Assembly (NCBI GenBank): GCA_032718475.1
Contig: JAUCBJ010003031.1
Span: 1 to 39,515, forward strand
Length of the DNA stretch: 39,515 bases
From: Nemertoderma westbladi
Lineage: Eukaryota > Animalia > Xenacoelomorpha
Direction of reading: 5' to 3'
Shown here: in pieces, positions 10,101 through 20,048 of the stretch
Numbering within the stretch: position 1 is the stretch's first letter
Layout of the letters: each line of letters opens with the position of its first letter
The notes under the pieces: generated by a model
The model's database searches: none
The model's input: the letters and a program-made list of their open reading frames with translations, nothing else
Told to the model about the DNA's origin: nothing
Made by a program: the position numbers and the translations under genes

Positions 10101-13100
10101 GGTCGGTACTAGGCTTGATGGTTGGGTTTGAATAGGGTCGGTACTAGGCTTTACGGTTGGGTTTGAATAGGGTCGGTACTAGGCTTTACGGTTGGGTTTG
10201 AATAGGGTTGGTACTAGGCTTGACTGTTGGGTTTGAATAGGGTCGGTACTAGGCTTGATGGTTGGGTTTGAATAGGGTCGGTACTAGGCTTGACTGTTGG
10301 GTTTGAGTAGGTCGGTACTAGGCTTTACGGTTGGGTTTGAATAGGGTTGGTACTAGGCTTTACGGTTGGGTTTGAATAGGGTCGGTACTAGGCTTCACGG
10401 TTGGGTTTGAATAGGGTCGGTACTAGGCTTTACGGTTGGGTTTGAATAGGGTTGGTACTAGGCTTGACTGTTGGGTTTGAATAGGGTCGGTACTAGGCTT
10501 GATGGTTGGGTTTGAATAGGGTCGGTACTAGGCTTGACTGTTGGGTTTGAGTAGGGTCGGTACTAGGCTTGACGGTTGGGTTTGAATAGGGTCGGTACTA
10601 GGCTTGACTGTTGGGTTTGAATAGGGTCGGTACTAGGCTTGACTGTTGGGTTTGAATAGGGTCGGTACTAGGCTTTACGGTTGGGTTTGAATAGGGTCGG
10701 TACTAGGCTTGACTGTTGGGTTTGAATAGGGTCGGTACTAGGCTTGACGGTTGGGTTTGAATAGGGTCGGTACTAGGCTTGACTGTTGGGTTTGAATAGG
10801 GTCGGTACTAGGCTTGACTGTTGGGTTTGAATAGGGTCGGTACTAGGCTTTACGGTTGGGTTTGAATAGGGTCGGTACTAGGCTTGACGGTTGGGTTTGA
10901 ATAGGTCGGTACTAGGCATGATGGTTGGGTTTGAATAGGGTCGGTACTAGGCTTTACGGTTGGGTTTGAATAGGGTCGGTACTATGCTTGATGGTTGGGT
11001 TTGAATAGGGTCGGTACTAGGCTTGACTGTTGGGTTTGAATAGGGTCGGTACTAGGCTTGACTGTTTGGGTTTGAATAGGGTCGGTACTAGGCTTGACTG
11101 TTGGGTTTGAATAGGGTCGGTACTAGGCTTGATGGTTGGGTTTGAATAGGGTCGGTACTAGGCTTGATGGTTGGGTTTGAATAGGGTCGGTACTAGGCTT
11201 GACGGTTGGGTTTGAATAGGGTCGGTACTAGGCTTGATGGTTGGGTTTGAATAGGGTCGGTACTAGGCTTGACTGTTGGGTTTGAATAGGGTCGGTACTA
11301 GGCTTGACTGTTGGGTTTGAATAGGGTCGGTAATAGGCTTGACTGTTGGGTTTGAATAGGGTCGGTACTAGGCTTGATGGTTGGGTTTGAATAGGGTCGG
11401 TACTAGGCTTGACTGTTGGGTTTGAATAGGGTCGGTACTAGGCTTGACTGTTGGGTTTGAATAGGGTCGGTACTAGGCTTGACGGTTGGGTTTGAATAGG
11501 GTCGGTACTAGGCTTGACTGTTGGGTTTGAATAGGGTCGGTACTAGGCTTGATGGTTGGGTTTGAATAGGGTCGGTACTAGGCTTGATGGTTGGGTTTGA
11601 ATAGGGTCGGTACTAGGCTTGACTGTTGGGTTTGAATAGGGTCGGTACTAGGCTTGACGGTTGGGTTTGAATAGGGTCGGTACTAGGCTTGACTGTTGGG
11701 TTTGAATAGGTCGGTACTAGGCTTGACTGTTGGGTTTGAATAGGGTCGGTACTAGGCTTGACTGTTGGGTTTGAATAGGGTCGGTACTAGGCTTGACGGT
11801 TGGGTTTGAATAGGGTCGGTACTAGGCTTGACTGTTGGGTTTGAATAGGTCGGTACTAGGCTTGACTGTTGGGTTTGAATAGGGTCGGTACTAGGCTTGA
11901 CTGTTGGGTTTGAATAGGGTCGGTACTAGGCTTGACGGTTGGGTTTGAATAGGGTCGGTACTAGGCTTGACTGTTGGGTTTGAATAGGGTCGGTACTAGG
12001 CTTTACGGTTGGGTTTGAATAGGGTCGGTACTAGGCTTGACTGTTGGGTTTGAATAGGTCGGTACTAGGCTTGATGGTTGGGTTTGAATAGGGTCGGTAC
12101 TAGGCTTGACTGTTGGGTTTGAATAGGGTCGGTACTAGGCTTGACTGTTGGGTTTGAATAGGGTCGGTACTAGGCTTGACTGTTGGGTTTGAATAGGGTC
12201 GGTATTAGGCTTGACTGTTGGGTTTGAATAGGGTCGGTATTAGGCTTGACTGTTGGGTTTGAATAGGTCGGTACTAGGCTTGATGGTTGGGTTTGAATAG
12301 GGTCGGTACTAGGCTTGACTGTTGGGTTTGAATAGGGTCGGTACTAGGCTTGACTGTTGGGTTTGAATAGGGTCGGTACTAGGCTTGACTGTTGGGTTTG
12401 AATAGGTCGGTACTAGGCTTGACTGTTGGGTTTGAATAGGGTCGGTACTAGGCTTGATGGTTGGGTTTGAATAGGGTCGGTACTAGGCTTGACTGTTAGG
12501 TTTGAATAGGGTCGGTACTAGGCTTGACTGTTGGGTTTGAATAGGGTCGGTACTAGGCTTGACTGTTGGGTTTGAATAGGGTCGGTATTAGGCTTGACTG
12601 TTGGGTTTGAATAGGTCGGTACTAGGCTTGACTGTTGGGTTTGAATAGGGTCGGTACTAGGCTTGACTGTTGGGTTTGAATAGGGTCGGTATTAGGCTTG
12701 ACTGTTGGGTTTGAATAGGGTCGGTATTAGGCTTGACTGTTGGGTTTGAATAGGTCGGTACTAGGCTTGACGTTGGATTTGAATAGGGTCGGTACTAGGC
12801 TTGACGGTTGGGTTTGAATAAGGTCGGTACTAGGCTTGACGTTCGATTTGAATAGGGTCGGTACTAGGCTTGACTGTTGGGTTTGAATAGGGTCGGTACT
12901 AGGCTTGACTGTTGGGTTTGAATAGGGTCGGTATTAGGCTTGACTGTTGGGTTTGAATAGGTCGGTACTAGGCTTGACTGTTGGGTTTGAATAGGGTCGG
13001 TACTAGGCTTGACTGTTGGGTTTGAATAGGGTCGGTATTAGGCTTGACTGTTGGGTTTGAATAGGTCGGTACTAGGCTTGACGTTGGATTTGAATAGGGT

Positions 13101-14000
13101 CGGTACTAGGCTTGACTGTTGGGTTTGAATAGGCTCGGTACTAGGCTTGACTGTGGGTTTGAATAGGTCGGTACTAGGCTTGACGTTCGATTTGAATAGG
13201 GTCGGTACTAGGCTTGACTGTTGGGTTTGAATAGGGTCGGTACTAGGCTTGACTGTTGGGTTTGAATAGGGTCGGTATTAGGCTTGACTGTTGGGTTTGA
13301 ATAGGTCGGTACTAGGCTTGACGTTGGATTTGAATAGGGTCGGTACTAGGCTTGACGGTTGGGTTTGAATAAGGTCGGTACTAGGCTTGACGGTTGGGTT
13401 TGAATAGGGTCGGTACTAGGCTTGACGGTTAGGTTTGAATAGGGTCGTACTAGGCTTGACTGTTGGGTTTGAATATGGTCGGTACTAGGCTTGACGGTTG
13501 GGTTTGAATAGGGTCGGTACAAGGCTTGACGGTTGGGTTTGAATAGGTCGGTACTAAGCGTGATGGTTGAGTTTGAATAGGGTCGGTACTAGGCTTGACG
13601 GTTGGGTTTGAATAGGGTCGGTACTAGGTTTGACGGTTGGGTTTGAATAGGGTCGGTACTAGGCTTGACAGTTGAGTTTGAAAAGGGTCGGTACTAGGCT
13701 TAACGGTTGGGTTTGAATAGGGTCGGTACTAGGCTTGACAGTTGGGTTTGAAAAGGGTCGGTACTAGGCATGATGGTTGGGTTTGAATAGGGTCGGTACT
13801 AGGCTTGACAGTTGAGTTTGAAAAGGGTCGGTACTAGGCTTGACGGTTGGGTTTGAATAGGGTCGACACTAGGCTTGACAGTTGGGTTTGAATAAGGTCG
13901 GTACTAGACTTGACGGTTGGGTTTGAATAGGGTCGGTACTAGGCTTGACGGTTGGGGTTGAATAGGGTCGGTACTAGGCATGATGGTTGGGTTTGAATAG
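7155..14000. repeat. 35-bp G/T-rich satellite array, ~196 copies
   Basis: Unit TCGGTACTAGGCTTGACTGTTGGGTTTGAATAGGG, with recurrent variants TTTACGG / TTGATGG / TTGACGG / TTGACTG. Confidence 0.99.
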
Positions 14001-14462
14001 CTCAGCTCTCGGGGCAAATACCACACCCTGGTTTGCCATTCCACAGGGTGGGTGTCGCAGTGGAGTCAGATATGAGGCCCATCACCCATATCTACTCTGG
14101 CGCACATGACCCACCATTGGCTGTGCAGCTCATCTGCTGGGTCATGCCCTGTACCCCTGCTGCCAGTTGCAGGTCGCAGTGAAGTGCACTCAGAGTGGAC
14201 ATGAGAACACTCTACTCCTGACCAGCCACTGGTAGATCACCATCTGCCTAGGCCAGGCCATATACCCCTGCAGCCAAGTACATATATGGGTCCTTAATCC
14301 AGGACCAACGGCGTCCTTATCCCAGAACGAAGGGGGTCCTAGTTACAGGACCAGATTTGCCCTAGTAAGAGGGTCTATGCAGCTAAAGGTGGCACCTCCT
14401 TTATGCTGCATGGAGGTGGCAAGTTTTCTTGATCAATGACCTAGAATACCTGACCTGACAAA
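14001..14462 (-). mobile_element. GC-rich structured insertion in the satellite, resembling the 5' UTR of an RTE-clade retrotransposon
   Basis: Flanked by TTTGAATAG on both sides (13992-14000, 14463-14471). The minus strand has CACCCTG-TGGAATGGCAAAC-CAGGGTG-TGGTATTTGCC-CCGAGA, similar in sequence and pairing to the BovB/RTE GGAAATGGCAACCCACTCCAGTATTCTTGCC motif. (ACCTG)2 lies at the right end. Orientation is inferred. Confidence 0.55.
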
Positions 14463-15110
14463 TTTGAATAGGGTCGGGTTTGAATAGGGTCGGTACTAGG
14501 CTTGACTGTTGGGTTTGAATAGGGTCGGTACTAGGCTTGACTGTTTGGGTTTGAATAGGGTCGGTACTAGGCTTGACTGTTGGGTTTGAATAGGGTCGGT
14601 ACTAGGCATGATGGTTGGGTTTGAATAGGTCGGTACTAGGCTTGACGGTTGGGTTTGAATAGGGTCGGTACTAGGCTTGACGGTTGGGTTTGAATAGGGT
14701 CGGTACTAGGCTTGACTGTTGGGTTTGAATAGGGTCGGTACTAGGCTTGACTGTTGGGTTTGAATAGGTCGGTACTAGGCTTGACGGTTGGGTTTGAATA
14801 GGGTCGGTACTAGGCTTGACGGTTGGGTTTAAATAGGTCGGTACTAGGCATGATGGTTGGGTTTGAATAGGGTCGGTACTAGGCTTGACGGTTGGGTTTG
14901 AGTAGGTCGGTACTAGGCATGATGGTTGGGTTTGAATAGGGTCGGTACTAGGCTTGACGGTTGGGTTTGAATAGGTCGGTACTAGGCATGATGGTTGGGT
15001 TTGAATAGGGTCGGTACTAGGCTTGAAGGTTGGGTTTGAATAGGGTTGGTACTACGGTACTAGGCTTGACGGTTGGGTTTGAATAGGGTCGGTACCAGGC
15101 TAAACGGTAG
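14463..15110. repeat. Continuation of the 35-bp satellite, ~18 copies
   Basis: Same unit as 7155-14000, degenerating at ~15050-15110. Confidence 0.97.
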
Positions 15111-15740
15111 GGCTAGAGACAATTGAATAAGGGGGTAACAAGGTGACCTTAATAGAGAGGCGGGGTAAGGAAACGGTCGAAATGACGGATTTAAGTAAGC
15201 GCGGGAAGCCAATTTTGAAAATCGGCTATGATTGGCTGCTACAGATTTGACGTCACTACAAAGTGCTATGATAATTTCTTTCTTGGTTTCTGTGGATAGT
15301 GATGCGCGTCTTTTGACACTACAATTAATGTTTTACAAAAAACACACCCCGACACTCGATTCAGGGCACCTCGTCACCCCTTATTCAATTGTTTATAGCT
15401 GTGCCCGGATCGGGGTGCAGTCCCGAATGGGCCTCCGAGACACACTTGAGGTTGGTACTTTGCTGCTTTGAGTTATGCGGAGGCAACCCGAGTTATAAAA
15501 AAAGGAGCAGATAAGAGTTTGTTGGTAATTGTAATAATATCCGTTTGTAACTGGCGTGGAGGTTAGCGGGAGCTTAATGACTGGCTGACTGGTAGTAAAT
15601 ATTTGAGTTCGGTTCGGTCCGGTCCGTACTGAATGTCAGCTGGCTACTTACCGATACAACACTATCAGGCGTAAATGTGTACTGCATCACCTTCCTTGAT
15701 ATGCTGAAGTGTGCAATGTGCATCTGAGGTTAGTATAATA

Positions 15741-16887
15741 GCCACATATGTATGGCATACTTTTAGTATTTTTATTCGACATTTTAATTCCCCTTGATAT
15801 TCTTCTGAATTTAGTCGCGAGATAAATGATTAAACTCGCGAGAAAATAATTAATCTCGCGAGATAAATGATTAAACTCGCGAGCAAATAATTAAACTCGC
15901 GAGATAAATGATTAAACTCGCGAGAAAATAATTAATATCGCGAGATAAATGATTAAACTCGCGAGAATATAATTAATATCGCGAGATAAATTATTAAACT
16001 CGCGAGAAAAATGATTAAATTCGCGAGAAAATAACAAACATGCTACGTATTAACGTATACATTTAAACAAACATGCTTCCCTAAACTCGACACGACGCCC
16101 CTTAATACAGACAGGAGGCAGAGGTTACGGTATGCTGAAATGAATGATATAGAAAGAAGGCCTTTTTAATACCTATTATATATATATCCCTATTGCACCT
16201 ATAAGGGTATTCCCTCTGCTGCTATTGGATGGCCGTTTCCTACTGTCCCAATTAACAGCCAATCGCGATTTTTTTTCGCGAGATGTGTATTTTTCTCGCG
16301 AGTTTAATCATTTATCTCGCGAGATTAATTATTTTCTCGCGAGTTTAATCATTTATCTCGCGAGTTTAATCTTTTATCTCGCGAGATTAATTATTTTCTC
16401 GCGAGTTTAATTATTTTCTCGCGAGTTTAATCATTTATCTCGCGAGATTAATCATTTTCTCGCGAGTCTAATCATTTATCTCGCGAGATTAATTAATTTC
16501 TCGCGAGTTTAATCATTTATCTCGCGAGATTAATTAATTTCTCGCGAGTTTAATAATTTATCTCGCGATATTAATTATTTTCTCGCGAGTTTAATCATTT
16601 ATCTCGCGAGATTAATTAATTTCTCGCGAGTTTAATCATTTATCTCGCGAGATTAATTAATTTCTCGCGAGTTTAATAATTTATCTCGCGATATTAATTA
16701 TTTTCTCGGGAGTTTAATCATTTTTCTCGCGAGTTTAATGATTTTCTCGCGAGTTTAATAATTTTCTCGCGAGTTTGATAATTTTCTCGCGAGTTTAATC
16801 ATTTATCTCGCGACTAAATTCAGAAGAATATCAAGGGGAATTAAAATGTCGAATAAAATTACTAAAAGTATGCCATACATATGGGGT
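15741..16887. mobile_element. Foldback-type non-autonomous DNA transposon with 20-bp subterminal tandem repeats
   Basis: About 75-bp near-perfect terminal inverted repeats (CATATGTATGGCATACTTTTAGTA...TTCTGAATTTAGTCGCGAG) with TA on both flanks (15739-40, 16888-89). Inverted arrays of 20-bp CTCGCGAG-centred units lie at ~15813-16030 and ~16262-16815, around a unique ~230-bp core. Confidence 0.88.
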
Positions 16888-17684
16888 TATATCAGATATG
16901 TGTCAGCTGATTTTAGATTCAGCCCTTCTGTAATCTGTGTTTTTGGTGAAAACCTGGTATTCTTTACATGGGGGTAACTTCAAAGTGAAATATAACGGCA
17001 GAAAGTCTGGTATTCTTCACATGGGCCGTAAAACCCCACCCCCGTAGGAGATAACTGTCAAGTTTCAGCTTAACAGCAATTGTAAGTAAACTAGCAAACT
17101 TGCTAGCAAGCTTCCTAGTCTACAGTAGTATCTATTAATACTATAGATACTACTGAAGATGCTCACAAATTTAGTTTGGATTGTCAAGCTGCAGTTGAAG
17201 ATGATGTGTTTCACCAACATCAATTAATTTTCAGTCTCTCAGAAGCTAATCAAATTGCAATAAATACCGAAAAACTACTAAAAGTACAGAAAATATTCAC
17301 ATCATGTCGTTGAAAATTACTTTAATACAGAGCCCAGGACCACGCTGAATCCAACGGTACTTTCCCCAAATCGAGAGAGCCAGTAGTTTAGATATAGATA
17401 GAAGAACAAACAAACATAAATACATACACAATTTGACCGCGCGCTTGGGAGCCAACAAACAATATTTTATATGTTGAAATAAATTATAAAAAAGGCCATA
17501 TTTCAAACGCTCAAATATAATTCAAATAAAATTCAAATATAATATATGATCTCAATGTGTCTATTCTGCATTTCCAACCGATTTTTGCTATATGTATAAT
17601 ATTGTTCTATCTAGAAAATCAATCCTGATAATAATTAGCATACCTGTGTTCAAGGTAATTAATACAAATTCAAGTAGAATTTAA

Positions 17685-17979
17685 GGGGGGGGGGGGGGGG
17701 GGGGGGGGGTTCACCGAGAAGGGTAAAATTTGGACGTTTTTTAATTTTATCTAATACAGAATTTTACGGTGATTTTAATGGTGAAATCTGCATCGCTATA
17801 CGACTTTTAGTTTTTGAGATACAGCTATTTAAATATTCCACTAATTTAATAAAATTATTAGTTAATATAATAAATATATTTAAATAACTAAATATATATC
17901 TAATTCTTAACTATTTTCTAATTATCACTGCAGAAATTTTTGCGCGTAATTTGCGTAATTTTTAGACCTTAGAACATGT
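17685..17979 (+). mobile_element. Possible Kolobok-like transposon left end
   Basis: TTAA|GG... start (17681-17685) with a polyG tract followed by transposon-end-like AT-rich sequence. No matching right end was found. Confidence 0.3.
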
Positions 17980-18547
17980 CTTAATTATCGATTATAACCA
18001 ATTGGTTATTGATTATTGACATAATAAATATTAACCAATAGGAGATGGTTTAGCGCCAAATTCAAACTCAAATGTTTACCTGCATTTTTCTCAAATGTGC
18101 TTATTTTTTACCAAAAATCTATCTCCTCCGCCATTTCTTAGCGGATTTCAATTTTTTTGTGGGAGGTTGTAGCTGAGGATTGTGTCTACAGAAAATGGGC
18201 CGGATTTTCAACATTTAACCTCAGTCAGAAGTTATGACGTCATCAATCTAATTTTTTCGAAAAAAAAACAAAATTTTATGAAAAAATGACATTTGTGGCG
18301 TCATAACTTTTGATGGCAGCAAAATTTTGAAAATCTGCAGACACAATCTTTACCTACAATGTCCAACAAACAGAATCGAAATCCGTTAACAAATGGCGGA
18401 GGAGATAGATTTTTAGTAAATAATAAGCACATTTGAGAAAAATGCAGGTAAACATTTGAGTTTGAATTTCGCGCTAAACCATCTCCTATTGGTTAATATT
18501 TATTATGTCAATAATCAATAACCAATTGGTTATAATCGAAAATTAAG
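17980..18547. mobile_element. 568-bp hairpin (MITE-like long inverted repeat)
   Basis: Near-identical ~170-bp arms at 17980-18149 and 18378-18547. More diverged pairing (GATTGTGTCT/AGACACAATC; AAGTTATGACG/CGTCATAACTT) continues almost to the centre. TTAA occurs at both ends. Confidence 0.85.
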
Positions 18548-19089
18548 TGTTTTTCGTACGTCGTCGTTGAACGTAGAGTAGTCGTTCAGTGTTTTTGATC
18601 AAAGCCAGAATTCCGGCACCGGCACCACGACCAACGATTTCGGAAGCAACAGACTCCGACAACAACACTCGGGGCGGGGTTTAAAAAATATAACTGAGGG
18701 CAACTTGTAACTGGGCTATCATCTATCTGAGTTGGAAAAGGCTGCCCGACAGTTGGTATCAGACTATCTGATAGTTAGCGCCCCATGGGTAAATCCTTAC
18801 CCCATGGGCTGTTACCTCTCTGACTGACAGCGCAACAGCCCAAATAGACCCCATACGGTCTCAGTGAGTTCCTTATCACAACTGCTGATCTCTGATTGGT
18901 TCTTAATTCAGATTGAATTACATTGCCAGCGCACCGCTGATATTGTTTGGGGTTTGTAAATGCTGCCTGGCTGGTTACTCCTACCTACACTCTATTAATA
19001 CTTTATTGCTTTAGGTACAGTAAAAGACAAATTTAATTGGATGGATAGGATATTGAGCTTAACATGTTAAGATCGAATATATTCTTATC

Positions 19090-19259
19090 TCGATAATTAA
19101 TTAATTAATTACCGCGTAACTTTCCTATTCCATGGCCAGTACACATATAAACCACCATACAAAATTTTGTAACGATCCACCGGAGCGTTTAGGCGGAGAT
19201 AGAGCTAGAGCTACGACATACATAGATAGCCCGCTCACAATTGTATTATAGATTATAGA
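19090..19259 (-). mobile_element. 5' end of a non-autonomous Helitron-like element
   Basis: The minus strand begins A|TCTATAATCTATAAT... followed by a TATG microsatellite remnant. The 3' boundary is not determined. Confidence 0.4.
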
Positions 19260-19260
19260 T

Positions 19261-20048
19261 AACAAAAGTTCGAGAAAATGTCAACTTTCAGAAATTTCAC
19301 ACTCTACCTGCAGACTGGTGTAATGCAGATGGCGCTGCATTTCTGTAAAGATACAGCCTATGTGCTGTAGTAGATGCTAGCAAGTATCAGTTCTAAAGGG
19401 ATTGTAAATAACAAGGTTGGAGAAGATGTTCACTTTCAGATATTTTCGATACCTAGCGGTAGACTGGAGAAACGCAGACTGGTCAATGTCCTTCTAAACT
19501 TATGGTCAGGTATATATCTGCAAAGTGTCAGTTAGAACAGACTGAGTTTGATGGTGCAACTGATGTAATACAGTACAGTAATACTTCTTTTTACAGTAAT
19601 ACTATTATTTCCTGCCTGTTGACCAGCAATTTGGCCGAAAACGACTACAGAATAGCCCAATTTCGCAATTTGACCGCAAATCCGCATTCACCAAGGGCAT
19701 ACAGGCATCTGGGCTGGGCTGGCCATATGCGGAAAATTAGCTTCGAGATAATGACGGTTCACGCTACACGTGCTTACGACGATATGCCTCACGTAGACGT
19801 GTAAGATAGAGTCAAGATAAGCCCCAATGTGTAGAGTGACAGACTACAGGACTGAACTGCTAGGCCTACCTCGACCTCACGCAAACAATAAACGTGTAAA
19901 ATAAAACCCGGAGACAGTGACAGCTGTCTGCATCGTGTTAATACGCATCGAATGAGCCACAAAGCAAGTAGTGAGAGCGAAATCTGACGACGTGTATCGA
20001 TGGACATACATACATACATACAAACTGAGCAGATTTATATATATTAGA
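19261..20048 (-). mobile_element. Non-autonomous Helitron copy A (3'-truncated)
   Basis: The minus strand begins TCTAATATATATAAA followed by (GTAT)n. 19490-20048 aligns by eye with 21275-21778. About 1.5 decayed 147-bp units lie at 19261-19500. Confidence 0.7.

Noticed and set aside
14001-14462. Canonical hammerhead, twister or HDV ribozyme in the insert
   Set aside because: By eye there is no CUGAUGA...GAAA core, no twister GUNNCAAGC loop and no HDV P3-UCCHCGY-P3'/P1'-GG pattern on either strand. It is kept only as a candidate novel fold.
4372-15110. CRISPR-like appearance of the 48-bp and 35-bp arrays
   Set aside because: Units are contiguous with no unique spacers, no cas genes are present, and the context is eukaryotic.
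7155-15110. Telomeric or interstitial telomeric repeat
   Set aside because: It contains isolated TAGGG/TAGGC words but no (TTAGGG)n or (TTAGGC)n runs; the period is 35 bp.
18782-18807. Hairpin CCCATGGGTAA-ATCC-TTACCCATGGG as the 3' end of the third Helitron
   Set aside because: The hairpin is real, but there is no properly placed A|CTAG junction, so it cannot be assigned.
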